Below, piece by piece: positions 51,040-59,664 of a stretch of DNA of 64,000 nt. The DNA lies in contig OZ257156.1 of assembly GCA_965279375.1 (NCBI GenBank), positions 3,456,001 to 3,520,000 on the forward strand, given 5' to 3'. A program made the translations under genes and the position numbers. Numbering within the stretch: the first letter of the stretch is position 1; the number at the start of each line of letters is the position of its first letter. Under the pieces are notes generated by a model. That model saw only the letters and a program-made list of their open reading frames with translations, had not been told where the DNA came from and made no database searches. Source of the stretch: Gemmatimonas sp. Its GTDB lineage: Bacteria > Gemmatimonadota > Gemmatimonadetes > Gemmatimonadales > Gemmatimonadaceae.

Positions 51040-53676
51040 ATGGAGCCGATGGCCCCCGGAGGACGCGACGCCGAGCTGCTGCGCGCGATGCTGACGCGCA
51101 TCGATCAGCAGGACCCGGGTGCGTTCAACAACCTCGGCGTGCTGTATCACAGCAAGGGACTCTACGCCGAGGCGGTGGACGCCTTCCTGCGCGCGCTTGC
51201 CCTCGATCCTCGCATGCGGACGGCGGCGCGCAACCTCGAGATTGCGGCGACACGCGACGGTGCCTGCGACTCGCGTCTTGCGAGTTTAGCGGCCCGGCTG
51301 GAGATCGATGCAGACGACGTGGTGGCGCTGCGTGAGCGTGCGCGGCTGCTGCGACTCATCGGCCGCCACACGGAGGCCTCGCAACAACTCGACGCGCTGA
51401 TCGCGGCCGATCCCGACGATACCGCCTCACTCTTCGAGCGCGGACTGATCGAGCAGCGTGCGGGCGACCTGCGTCGCGCGCAGCGGTGGTTCGAGCGCGC
51501 AGTGAACGTGTCCTCCGGTGATCCGATTCCGCGGCTGCATCTCGCCGAGGTGCTGTACCAGCGAGGGCAGAACGAGCAGGCGCTGGAGGCGCTCGAGTCG
51601 CTGTTGACGTTGTGGCCGAACATGGCCGATGCGCACCTGCTGCACGGCTTCGTGCTCGGCGACATGGGGCGCCACGAGGCCGCACGCGATGCGTCGCGCA
51701 AGGCCTCTGCGCTCAACCCGTCGTTGCAGACACTGCAGCCCGATCTCTCGCTCGACGGTGGTGTGGCTCCGATTCCGTACGCACCCGTTCAGCGCGATGT
51801 CCCCGCTGAAGGCGCGTTGGCACGCTACGGACTTGGTCTGGCGTTTCGTCAGCGTGGCTACTTCGACGAAGCCCGCCGCGAGTTCGAGCGAGCGCTCGCG
51901 CAGGGTGAGGATGCGCGCCTTGCACGACACGCGATTGCCGAGCTCGATCTCGTCGCCGGTCGTTTCGCGGATGCTCGCGCCGCGTACGAACAGCTGCTGC
52001 AGGAGCAGGCCGACCAGCCGCGGCTCTGGAACGAGCGCGGCGCGGCGCTGCATCAGGGCGGTGATGTCGAAGGCGCGGCGGAGAGCTATCGACGTGCGCT
52101 GCGCATCGATCCGCGCTACGCAATTGCGTACAACAATCTTGGCGTCGCGCTTTCCGATCTCGGCGAGGCGTCGGCCGCGCGCGAGGCACTCTTGCGTGCG
52201 GTGGAGCTGGATGCTGCGCTCGCACGCCCCAAGCTGAATCTGGCACGCTGGTACGTGCGCCATCGCGATCCACTGGCCGCGCTGTCGTTGTTGCGCGAGT
52301 TCGTGGCGTTCCACGCGGACAATGCTGACGCGTGGCATGACCTGGGTGTCGTCTTTCAGCTGCTGCATCGCACCGATGAAGCCCGCGATGCGCTGGCGCG
52401 TGCCATCGAGCTGCGTCCCGATCACGCCGAGGCGCGGTACGCGCTGGCGCAGGTGCTGGCATCGTTGGGAGATGACGATGGCGCGCTGCGCGAGACGCAG
52501 CGTGCGTTGGGGCTCGCCCCGGTTCGTGTGGAGCCGCGACTGATCATCGTGATCGCGTTGCAACTCGAGTGTCCTGAAGCGGCTGGTCTGCTGGATCTGC
52601 TGGCGATCGCCGCGGATGTGCCGCTTGCCGGTGTGTCGCTCGACGAGCAGACGGTCGCCGGGTTGCTGCCGCAGTTGGAGCCAGTCGCGCCAATTGCCAT
52701 CGTCGACGATGTGGCCGCGCGAATCACGCGATTCTGCGAAGAGGGCGATGCCTTCGCCGCGCGGCGACTGCATGGCGAGGCCGGCGATCGTTACGCAGCC
52801 GCGCGCGGCTTACTGGAGGGCGAAGGGCTTCCTGCGATCAGCGGCGACGGCTCGCTGGGGCCGCTGTGGCATCGTGCGGTCGTTGGCGAGGCGCGCTCGC
52901 TCTGCCTGCTTGGCTCGGGACATCATGCGATGTCGCGACTGCGCGGTCTCGCGGCGCAGTATCCGGAGGACGCCGAAGTTGTGGCGCTCTTCGCGTCGAG
53001 TGCTGCCGCGGCTGCAGCCCGTCAGGAGGCACCGGCTGAGGTCGTACCAGTGCTGCTGCGTCGGCTGCTGCGGCTGGAAACCGACAGTGCGGCACTGCTG
53101 CACTTCGCAGGCGACACGGCGGTGAGTATCGGAGATGGCGTCCTCGCGCTCGCCTGCTACCGGCGTGCGCTCGCGATCGACCCAACTCGGCCATCGCCGC
53201 GCGTGGCCATCGCGCGCGTGTTACGTCATCGGGGCGATCTGCAGGCCGCACGGCTGGAGCTCGTAGCGGCGCTGGCGACTGCGCCGGAGTTCCGCGATGC
53301 GCTGTTGGAGTTGGCGCGCGTGAACCTCGCGACGCGAACGGTGCGCGAGTCTGTCGCCGGACTCACGCGACATCTCGCTGCCGTACCGACAGACCTCGAC
53401 GCGCTCGTGCTGCTGATCGAACTGCTCGTGGCAGTTGACCGTGATGCTGACGCGCGTGTGGCGGTCAGTCGCGTGCTCCGGCATGACGCAGAGCATGTCG
53501 GTGCGCTCTGGTTTGACGGGGTTTTGCTCGCTCGACAGTCGCGCATGCGCGAAGCCGTCGATCGGTGGATGCGGGTGCAGCGTTCTTCCGATGACGAATT
53601 CGCGCCGCGTGCGACGAAGGCATTGGCGAAGGTCGAGGAACGTGAGCAGCTGAGCGATCTGCGGAAGGCTTCGTGA
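51040..53676 (+). CDS. Large cytoplasmic TPR-repeat protein
   Basis: Many TPR motifs ('AFNNLGVLY', 'AYNNLGVAL', 'AWHDLGVVF') and no signal peptide. Confidence 0.88.
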   Translation: MEPMAPGGRDAELLRAMLTRIDQQDPGAFNNLGVLYHSKGLYAEAVDAFLRALALDPRMRTAARNLEIAATRDGACDSRLASLAARLEIDADDVVALRERARLLRLIGRHTEASQQLDALIAADPDDTASLFERGLIEQRAGDLRRAQRWFERAVNVSSGDPIPRLHLAEVLYQRGQNEQALEALESLLTLWPNMADAHLLHGFVLGDMGRHEAARDASRKASALNPSLQTLQPDLSLDGGVAPIPYAPVQRDVPAEGALARYGLGLAFRQRGYFDEARREFERALAQGEDARLARHAIAELDLVAGRFADARAAYEQLLQEQADQPRLWNERGAALHQGGDVEGAAESYRRALRIDPRYAIAYNNLGVALSDLGEASAAREALLRAVELDAALARPKLNLARWYVRHRDPLAALSLLREFVAFHADNADAWHDLGVVFQLLHRTDEARDALARAIELRPDHAEARYALAQVLASLGDDDGALRETQRALGLAPVRVEPRLIIVIALQLECPEAAGLLDLLAIAADVPLAGVSLDEQTVAGLLPQLEPVAPIAIVDDVAARITRFCEEGDAFAARRLHGEAGDRYAAARGLLEGEGLPAISGDGSLGPLWHRAVVGEARSLCLLGSGHHAMSRLRGLAAQYPEDAEVVALFASSAAAAAARQEAPAEVVPVLLRRLLRLETDSAALLHFAGDTAVSIGDGVLALACYRRALAIDPTRPSPRVAIARVLRHRGDLQAARLELVAALATAPEFRDALLELARVNLATRTVRESVAGLTRHLAAVPTDLDALVLLIELLVAVDRDADARVAVSRVLRHDAEHVGALWFDGVLLARQSRMREAVDRWMRVQRSSDDEFAPRATKALAKVEEREQLSDLRKAS

Positions 53677-54842
53677 GCCTCGAAGGACGCATCCGCGACC
53701 TCGGCCTGCCGGAGGTCTGCCAGCTGCTCGGGGCGAGCCGCAAGACCGGCACGCTGCGCGTGCTCGCACCTCTTCGAGCCCGCGACGCCGAGATTCGGTT
53801 CATAAGTGGACAGATCGCCGACGCCCGACAGTGGCAGACTGACGTGCCTCTGAACGAGCTGCCGGCGTCGGTGCCTACGCCCGATGCTCGTGCGGTCGAG
53901 GCGTGCGTGCTCGAAGTCCTCACTTGGGGGGATGGCGAGTTCCAGTTTGTGGCCGAGAAGGGAGCTACCCGATCGGCCAGTCCGGTTCGATTGAACGTGG
54001 AGCCGCTGCTCGTTGAGGCGGCGCAACGCGCCGAGGTGTGGCAGCGCGTGCGCGATCGCATCGCGGGCCCGCAGGCAGTGCCTGCCTTCGTCGACATCGA
54101 TCCGCAACAGCTCCCATTGCTACGGCTCGTGCCGCAGGAGTGGGAAGTGCTCACCCGGGTCGATGGTGCGCGGGATCTGCAGGCGCTCGCCGCGGTGCTG
54201 GGGCGCAGTTTGCTCGACGTCGCGCAGATCGTGCACGCGCTCGTCGGCGCGGGCGTGCTCGCCATTCGCGATCTGACCATCGCGCCACGGCGACACCCCA
54301 CGCCGCCGACGCAGTTGGCCGTGCCGTCATGGCCGGACGCGTTCGATCCCGACGACGATGAGCGTGTGCTCGACGCCGGTGACCTTCTCGCCGACGCGTT
54401 CCGCGCCGACGCGCTCGACGCCGGAGATTCGAGTGACATCGACGACGCCGTCTTCGATCCGATTGCCGCTGGTGTGACGGATGCGGACGGAATTCCCCGT
54501 CGACTAACGCCGCGCACCACCGACGTTATCGCCGTTTCGGATCGAGTATTGCAGGCGGCGTCGACGCTCGAATTCCCCAGTGAAAATGCCGTTGCGTCCT
54601 CGCCAGTGCAGCAGTCCTTGTCGCAGGAGACGCGGCAACGTCGTGCCAGCGGGGTGAGCGCAGTGACGCTGTGCCTGCATGGTGACGATGCCGCCCGACA
54701 TGGTGACTTGGCGGGTGCGTTGACGTGCTGGAGTGCGGCGCTACGTGCCGATGCGACGTCCATCGACGCGGATCGGGTGCGCGAGGCGATTGCGCTTGCT
54801 GCTCGTCTGCACGCGTTGCTGCACCCGTCGGGACGAAGCTAG
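53673..54842 (+). CDS. DUF4388 (PatA-N-like) protein with winged-helix-like segment and acidic linker
   Basis: 'LEGRIRDLGLPEVCQLL..SRKTGTL', 'LTWGDGEFQF', 'LLVEAA.R..W' and 'EWEVL..VDG.R'. Confidence 0.8.
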   Translation: MSLEGRIRDLGLPEVCQLLGASRKTGTLRVLAPLRARDAEIRFISGQIADARQWQTDVPLNELPASVPTPDARAVEACVLEVLTWGDGEFQFVAEKGATRSASPVRLNVEPLLVEAAQRAEVWQRVRDRIAGPQAVPAFVDIDPQQLPLLRLVPQEWEVLTRVDGARDLQALAAVLGRSLLDVAQIVHALVGAGVLAIRDLTIAPRRHPTPPTQLAVPSWPDAFDPDDDERVLDAGDLLADAFRADALDAGDSSDIDDAVFDPIAAGVTDADGIPRRLTPRTTDVIAVSDRVLQAASTLEFPSENAVASSPVQQSLSQETRQRRASGVSAVTLCLHGDDAARHGDLAGALTCWSAALRADATSIDADRVREAIALAARLHALLHPSGRS

Positions 54843-54867
54843 AACGCAGTCAGAGAGGAGCGGGCGA

Positions 54868-55506
54868 ATGCCCATCGTAGATCACGCCACGCGGCTGATC
54901 ACATGCAAGCTGGTCTACTACGGACCGGGTCGATCGGGAAAGACGACGAACCTGACCTACCTGCACTCGGCGTTGCCGAGCGGGCAGGTGGGCTCGCTCA
55001 CGTCACTCGCGACTCGCCGCGACCGCACGCTCTTCTTCGACTACCTGCCGGTGGATCTCGGAACGGTCGGCGCGTACAAGGTGCGCTTTCAGCTCTACAC
55101 CGTTCCCGGCCAGCCGTACTACCGCAGCATTCGCCAGCTTGTGCTGCAGGGCGCTGACGGCGTCGCGTTCGTTGCGGACAGCCAGCGCCATCGCTGGGAA
55201 GACAACATCGACAGCATGCAGGACATGCACGCGAACCTGGCCGAGCACGGCATCGACGCGCGCGCGCTCCCGATGGTCATGCAGTACAACAAGCAGGATC
55301 TTCCGCCATCGCTGGCGGCCACCGTCCCCGAGCTGTCGCGCGCGCTGAACTTTCGCGGCGTTCCTGAGTTCGGCGCCGACGCTCCGAATGGCATCGGCGT
55401 GTTCGACACGCTGCGCGCACTCGGCATGCGCGTGCTGCGTCGCCTTGGCGCCGACAGCGCAGCGGAAGACGAACGGCATGACGGCATCACGGCAGGTGCG
55501 GCATGA
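54868..55506 (+). CDS. mglA: MglA-family small GTPase
   Basis: 'KLVYYGPGRSGKTTNL', 'DRTLFFDYLP', 'LYTVPGQ', 'FVADSQ', 'QYNKQDL' and 'GVFDTL'. Confidence 0.92.
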   Translation: MPIVDHATRLITCKLVYYGPGRSGKTTNLTYLHSALPSGQVGSLTSLATRRDRTLFFDYLPVDLGTVGAYKVRFQLYTVPGQPYYRSIRQLVLQGADGVAFVADSQRHRWEDNIDSMQDMHANLAEHGIDARALPMVMQYNKQDLPPSLAATVPELSRALNFRGVPEFGADAPNGIGVFDTLRALGMRVLRRLGADSAAEDERHDGITAGAA

Positions 55507-57467
55507 CACCGCACCCGGAGGAGCCGGCCTACCGCTTCGACAACTTCGTGGTGGGCGCGTCAAACCGACTCGCGTCGTCCGCAGCCATGGCCGTGGCCGA
55601 TGCACCGGGGGCGGCGTACAATCCGTTGTTCGTCTACGGGGACTCGGGGCTGGGCAAGACGCATCTCGTCGCGGCGATCGCCCATCGCGCGCTGGCGTCG
55701 CGTCCGGAGTTGCGTGTCGAACTGAGTAGCGGTGAGGAGCTGGCCGAGCGATTGCACCAGGCGATCGCGACCGGGCAACAGGAGCAGTTCACCGAGCGCT
55801 ATCGACAGGTGCAGCTGCTGGTGCTCGATGACGTGCAGTTTCTCGCCGGCCAGCGGGAGACGCAGAGTGAGTTGCTGCGGCTGTTCAATCTCATGCAGGG
55901 CGCCGGCCGTCAACTGGTGATGACCAGTGATCGACCACCCAGCGAAATCCCGGACGTCGATCAGCGCCTGCTGTCGCGCTTCTCCGGTGGGTTGATCGTG
56001 GATGTGGGCGCGCCCGATTACGAGATGCGTCTGGCCATTCTGCGAAACGCGGCCGACGTACGTGCCCTGCAGTTTGGCGACGGCGTGCTCGAGGAAATGG
56101 CGCGACTTGCCTTCGGCAACGTGCGTGAACTCAAGGGCGCGCTGAACAAGATCACGGCATTCCAGCAGCTCGATGGCACGGTCATCACGCCCAATGACGT
56201 GCGCGCCGTGCTGGGCGAGCGCGCGTCGGTGGCGTCCGCTCCCGACCGTCGCGACGTCGCGCCGACGATGCTTGGCGCGGAGTATGAAGGCTTCCTCGCC
56301 GATGTGCTGCAGGAGGTCGAGACGCGCGTGGAGAAGTGGCGCGTGGTGTTGGGTGAAGCCTGCAGCTATTGGCGTGCGGAAGGGTTTGTCACGCAGGTAT
56401 TGGAGCGTGCGGTCGCGCATCCTGTCCAGCCCGACGTGAACGGACTGCTCGCCACGTTCAGCGCGGCGGTCGAGCATCTGCGCGCGATCGAGGCGCAGGC
56501 GGTGCTCCTCGATCCTGCGCTCCGCGGCCACAGTGCCTTTCGCAATCCCGAAGCGGTGGCGGAAGCGCAGGCGTTGCTCGATCGTGCGATGGCGACTGCC
56601 ATTCCGCTGCCTGCGCCCAATGCGGCGTTTACACGAGATGCTCTTGAAGTGGGCAGCGCCAATCAACTGGCGCTCAAGGCCTTCGACGCCGTGGTCGAGC
56701 ATCCGGGCGCGCGCTACAACCCGCTCTTCGTGCACGGCCCGAGTGGAGTGGGGAAGACGCACGTGCTGCACGCATTGGGCAATGCCATGCGCGCGGCGTG
56801 GCCCGAGAAGGCGATCGCGTGCGTGACCGGCGTGGCCTTCGGGGACGAATTGGTGCAGGCGCTGCAGGAGGGCGGGGTGGAGCGGTGGCGTGCGCGCTAT
56901 CGCGCCGCTGACGTGCTGCTGGTGGACGATGTCCATTCTCTGCGCGACCTCGAGCGGACGCAGGAAGAACTCTTCCACCTCTTCAATCACGTGTACGATC
57001 GCGGGGGGCAGATCGTGCTCACGGCCGATCGTCCTCCGCGTGAGTTGACGGGCTTTGCCGATCGACTGCGGTCGCGATTCGAAGGCGGCCTGGTGGTGGC
57101 GATGCATGGCCCCGATCGCGCACTCCGCGAACGACTCGTCTCGCGCTGGCTCGCTGAAGCGGCTGCTGAGCCCACGCAGGAGTTGGTCGCGATGCTCGCT
57201 GATCGCGACGTCAGCAGCGTGCGCGAGCTCAACGGACTCTTCAAGCGCATCGAAGCCGCCTCCGATCTGAACGGTTTTGCGATCAGCCTCGAGTCCGCGC
57301 AGCGCGCACTCGGCATTCAGCCGACGCGCGTCACCCGTCGTGTGCCCACACGTGTCCTATCCACCGGCGCGGACGGAGTGTCCATCGACGACTTCTTTCT
57401 CGATCGCGAGAAGATGATTCTCGATTGGCCCGAGATCGGCGGACGCGTGATCGAGGAGCTGCGCTGA
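55503..57467 (+). CDS. Protein with two tandem DnaA/Hda-type AAA+ modules; no DnaA domains I, II or IV
   Basis: Module 1: 'YRFDNFVVGASNRLA, YNPLFVYGDSGLGKTHL, LDDVQF, TSDRPP, RLLSRF, NVRELKG'. Module 2: 'YNPLFVHGPSGVGKTHV, VDDVH, TQEELFHLFN, TADRPP, RLRSRF, SVRELNG'. Confidence 0.9.
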   Translation: MTPHPEEPAYRFDNFVVGASNRLASSAAMAVADAPGAAYNPLFVYGDSGLGKTHLVAAIAHRALASRPELRVELSSGEELAERLHQAIATGQQEQFTERYRQVQLLVLDDVQFLAGQRETQSELLRLFNLMQGAGRQLVMTSDRPPSEIPDVDQRLLSRFSGGLIVDVGAPDYEMRLAILRNAADVRALQFGDGVLEEMARLAFGNVRELKGALNKITAFQQLDGTVITPNDVRAVLGERASVASAPDRRDVAPTMLGAEYEGFLADVLQEVETRVEKWRVVLGEACSYWRAEGFVTQVLERAVAHPVQPDVNGLLATFSAAVEHLRAIEAQAVLLDPALRGHSAFRNPEAVAEAQALLDRAMATAIPLPAPNAAFTRDALEVGSANQLALKAFDAVVEHPGARYNPLFVHGPSGVGKTHVLHALGNAMRAAWPEKAIACVTGVAFGDELVQALQEGGVERWRARYRAADVLLVDDVHSLRDLERTQEELFHLFNHVYDRGGQIVLTADRPPRELTGFADRLRSRFEGGLVVAMHGPDRALRERLVSRWLAEAAAEPTQELVAMLADRDVSSVRELNGLFKRIEAASDLNGFAISLESAQRALGIQPTRVTRRVPTRVLSTGADGVSIDDFFLDREKMILDWPEIGGRVIEELR

Positions 57468-59188
57468 TGGCCATCCGCGGCAACTTGAATGAGGCGAGTC
57501 TCGCCGACGTGCTGCAGCTCCTGGCCCTTGGTCAAAAGACCGGATGCCTCAGCGTGGCACGCGAAGGCAGCTTCGGCACCATCCACTTCGACGGTGGACG
57601 CATCGTCTTCGCGTCCATCGTCAACCGGCGCGATCGCCTTGGCGATCGGCTGGTACGCAACGGTGCTATCGCCGCCGATACGCTGGCGCGACTGGTGGGC
57701 ACCGCAGCGCCCAACGACGATCGAGCACTCGCTGTGGCGTTGCTCGATCGCGGTCTCGTGGACTTCGACCAGCTCGAAGCGATCTACCGGGTACACGTCG
57801 AAGAGTCGGTCTACTTCCTGCTCGGTTGGACACAGGGGACGTTCACCTTCGAGGCTGCGCCGCGCGCCGACGAGTCGGACATCCTCGTTTCCATCAGCGC
57901 AGATTCGCTGCTGCTGGAGGGGGCTCGTCGCGTCGACGAGTGGACGCTGGTCGCGAAGAAGATCCCGAGTCTCGATCTGATCTTCGAAGCGGACATCACG
58001 CGTCTCGCCGGCCGCGAGGCGCCGCTGAGCGCGACGCAGGAGAAGCTGCTGCCACTGCTCGATGGCACGCAGGACGTCAACAGCATCATCGAACGTTCTG
58101 GGCTCGGCGAGTTTGAGGTAGGCAAGGCGCTCTTCGGCTTGCTGACCGCGGGATACGTGCAGCGTGTCGGGCGCAGCGCGGCACGGCGTCCGCCGCCGCC
58201 AGAGAGCCGTGTGGCGGAGCACCGAAACCTTGGCGTCGCGTTCTATCGCACGGGGCTGTACGACGAGGCGCAGCGGGAATTCCGCCGCGTGCTCGAACTG
58301 CGCGACAGCGACAGTGCGGCGCGATTCCACTTGGGTCTCGTGCATCTGCGTCGCGGCGAGTGGGATGAAGCCGTCTCGGTGCTCCAGCGAGCCACCGCGG
58401 AACCGGACGCGCCGGCCGCGGCCTTTCACAATCTCGCGTACGCCTGCGAGCGGCTCGGACGATTGGACGATGCCCGAGCCATGCTGGCCGAGTCGGAGCG
58501 TCGTCAGACCGCGGGCGACCCGCGCACCCAGCTGTCGTTGGCAATCGTCGCGCTGACGGCGGGTGAGTTGGTGGCGGCGGAATCGCACTTGGCGTCGGCG
58601 CGCGAGCTCTGGGGCGCGCGCCAGCCGTCGGCGGCGTGGTTTCACGCGGCGGGGCTCACGGCGGCGCTCGCCGGCGACTTGCCACGCGCCACGCGCGTGC
58701 TGGAGGAAGGGATCGGCATGCACCCCCATGCGGCGACCTTGCACAACAATCTCGCGGTGGTGCACGAACGCCGTGGCAGCTACGAACTCGCTGCTCGTAC
58801 CATCGAGCACGCGCTGCTGGAGGACGCCAACGCTGCGCATCTGCACAAGAACCTTGGCGACTATCTGTATCGAGCGCAGAGGTACGACGAGGCGTTCGAG
58901 GCATTCACACGCGTCGTGCGCCTCGACGCCACGCACGGCGCCGATGTGCACCTCAAGCTTGGCAACATTCTCTATCGCCGCGGGGAGCTGCGTGACGCGC
59001 AACTCGCCTGGGAGCGGGCACAAGTGATCGAGCCACACAACGCTATCGTGCGAGCCAATCTCGACGCATTGGGACGTGCCGACCTTCGCGAGTCTTCGCG
59101 CGGGAGCCGGGCCACTTCACCCGCGCTGCGCACGGTCACTGATCCGTCGCCCGCGTCAACGACAGCGATGGCCGAGGAAGCGGCATGA
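57467..59188 (+). CDS. DUF4388 (PatA-N-like) + winged-helix-like + TPR protein
   Basis: 'IRGNL.EASLADVLQLL..GQKTGCL', 'W.QGTFTF', 'LLLEGARRVDEW' and C-terminal TPRs ('HRNLGVAFY', 'LHNNLAVV', 'LHKNLGDYLY'). Confidence 0.85.
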   Translation: MAIRGNLNEASLADVLQLLALGQKTGCLSVAREGSFGTIHFDGGRIVFASIVNRRDRLGDRLVRNGAIAADTLARLVGTAAPNDDRALAVALLDRGLVDFDQLEAIYRVHVEESVYFLLGWTQGTFTFEAAPRADESDILVSISADSLLLEGARRVDEWTLVAKKIPSLDLIFEADITRLAGREAPLSATQEKLLPLLDGTQDVNSIIERSGLGEFEVGKALFGLLTAGYVQRVGRSAARRPPPPESRVAEHRNLGVAFYRTGLYDEAQREFRRVLELRDSDSAARFHLGLVHLRRGEWDEAVSVLQRATAEPDAPAAAFHNLAYACERLGRLDDARAMLAESERRQTAGDPRTQLSLAIVALTAGELVAAESHLASARELWGARQPSAAWFHAAGLTAALAGDLPRATRVLEEGIGMHPHAATLHNNLAVVHERRGSYELAARTIEHALLEDANAAHLHKNLGDYLYRAQRYDEAFEAFTRVVRLDATHGADVHLKLGNILYRRGELRDAQLAWERAQVIEPHNAIVRANLDALGRADLRESSRGSRATSPALRTVTDPSPASTTAMAEEAA

Positions 59189-59664
59189 GCGAAATCCAGG
59201 TTCGTATTGCCGACTATGCGGTGGCCGGCAGTGAGTCGGTGCTCGTGACCAACGGCATCGGCTCGTGTGTCGCGATCGCGCTGTATGAGCGCGAGGCGCG
59301 GGTGGGAGCGCTGGCGCACATTCTGCTCCCCAACGAGGTGCTCACCGCGTCGCAGGAACCGCCGGGCAAGTGCGCATCATCGGCGATTCCGGTGATGGTG
59401 CGGCGCATGCGTGAGCTCAAGGGCACTGGTGAGATCCAGGCGCGGCTGATTGGCGGCGCCAGCATGTTCGCGCCTTTGCTGATTCCCGGTGCGCTCTCGC
59501 TCGGCGCGCGGAACATCGCAGCCGCGCGGGCCGCACTCGCTGCGGCGGACATTCCCGTGGTGGGCGAAGACGTCGGCGGCGATCACGGACGGTCGGTGCA
59601 CTTCGCGCTCGAGGATGGCAGTCTGTTGGTCAGGTCCGTGGCGAAGGGCGATGTCCGACTCTAG
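59185..59664 (+). CDS. cheD: Chemoreceptor glutamine deamidase CheD
   Basis: 'GIGSCVAI' (Cys), 'LAHILLP' (His), 'GGASMF', 'GARN' and 'EDVGG..GRSV'. Confidence 0.9.
   Translation: MSEIQVRIADYAVAGSESVLVTNGIGSCVAIALYEREARVGALAHILLPNEVLTASQEPPGKCASSAIPVMVRRMRELKGTGEIQARLIGGASMFAPLLIPGALSLGARNIAAARAALAAADIPVVGEDVGGDHGRSVHFALEDGSLLVRSVAKGDVRL

Noticed and set aside
55503..57467. Calling this gene dnaA or the region oriC
   Set aside because: There are no domains I/II/IV and no dnaN/recF/gyrB neighbours. I saw no TTATCCACA box cluster or AT-rich unwinding element.
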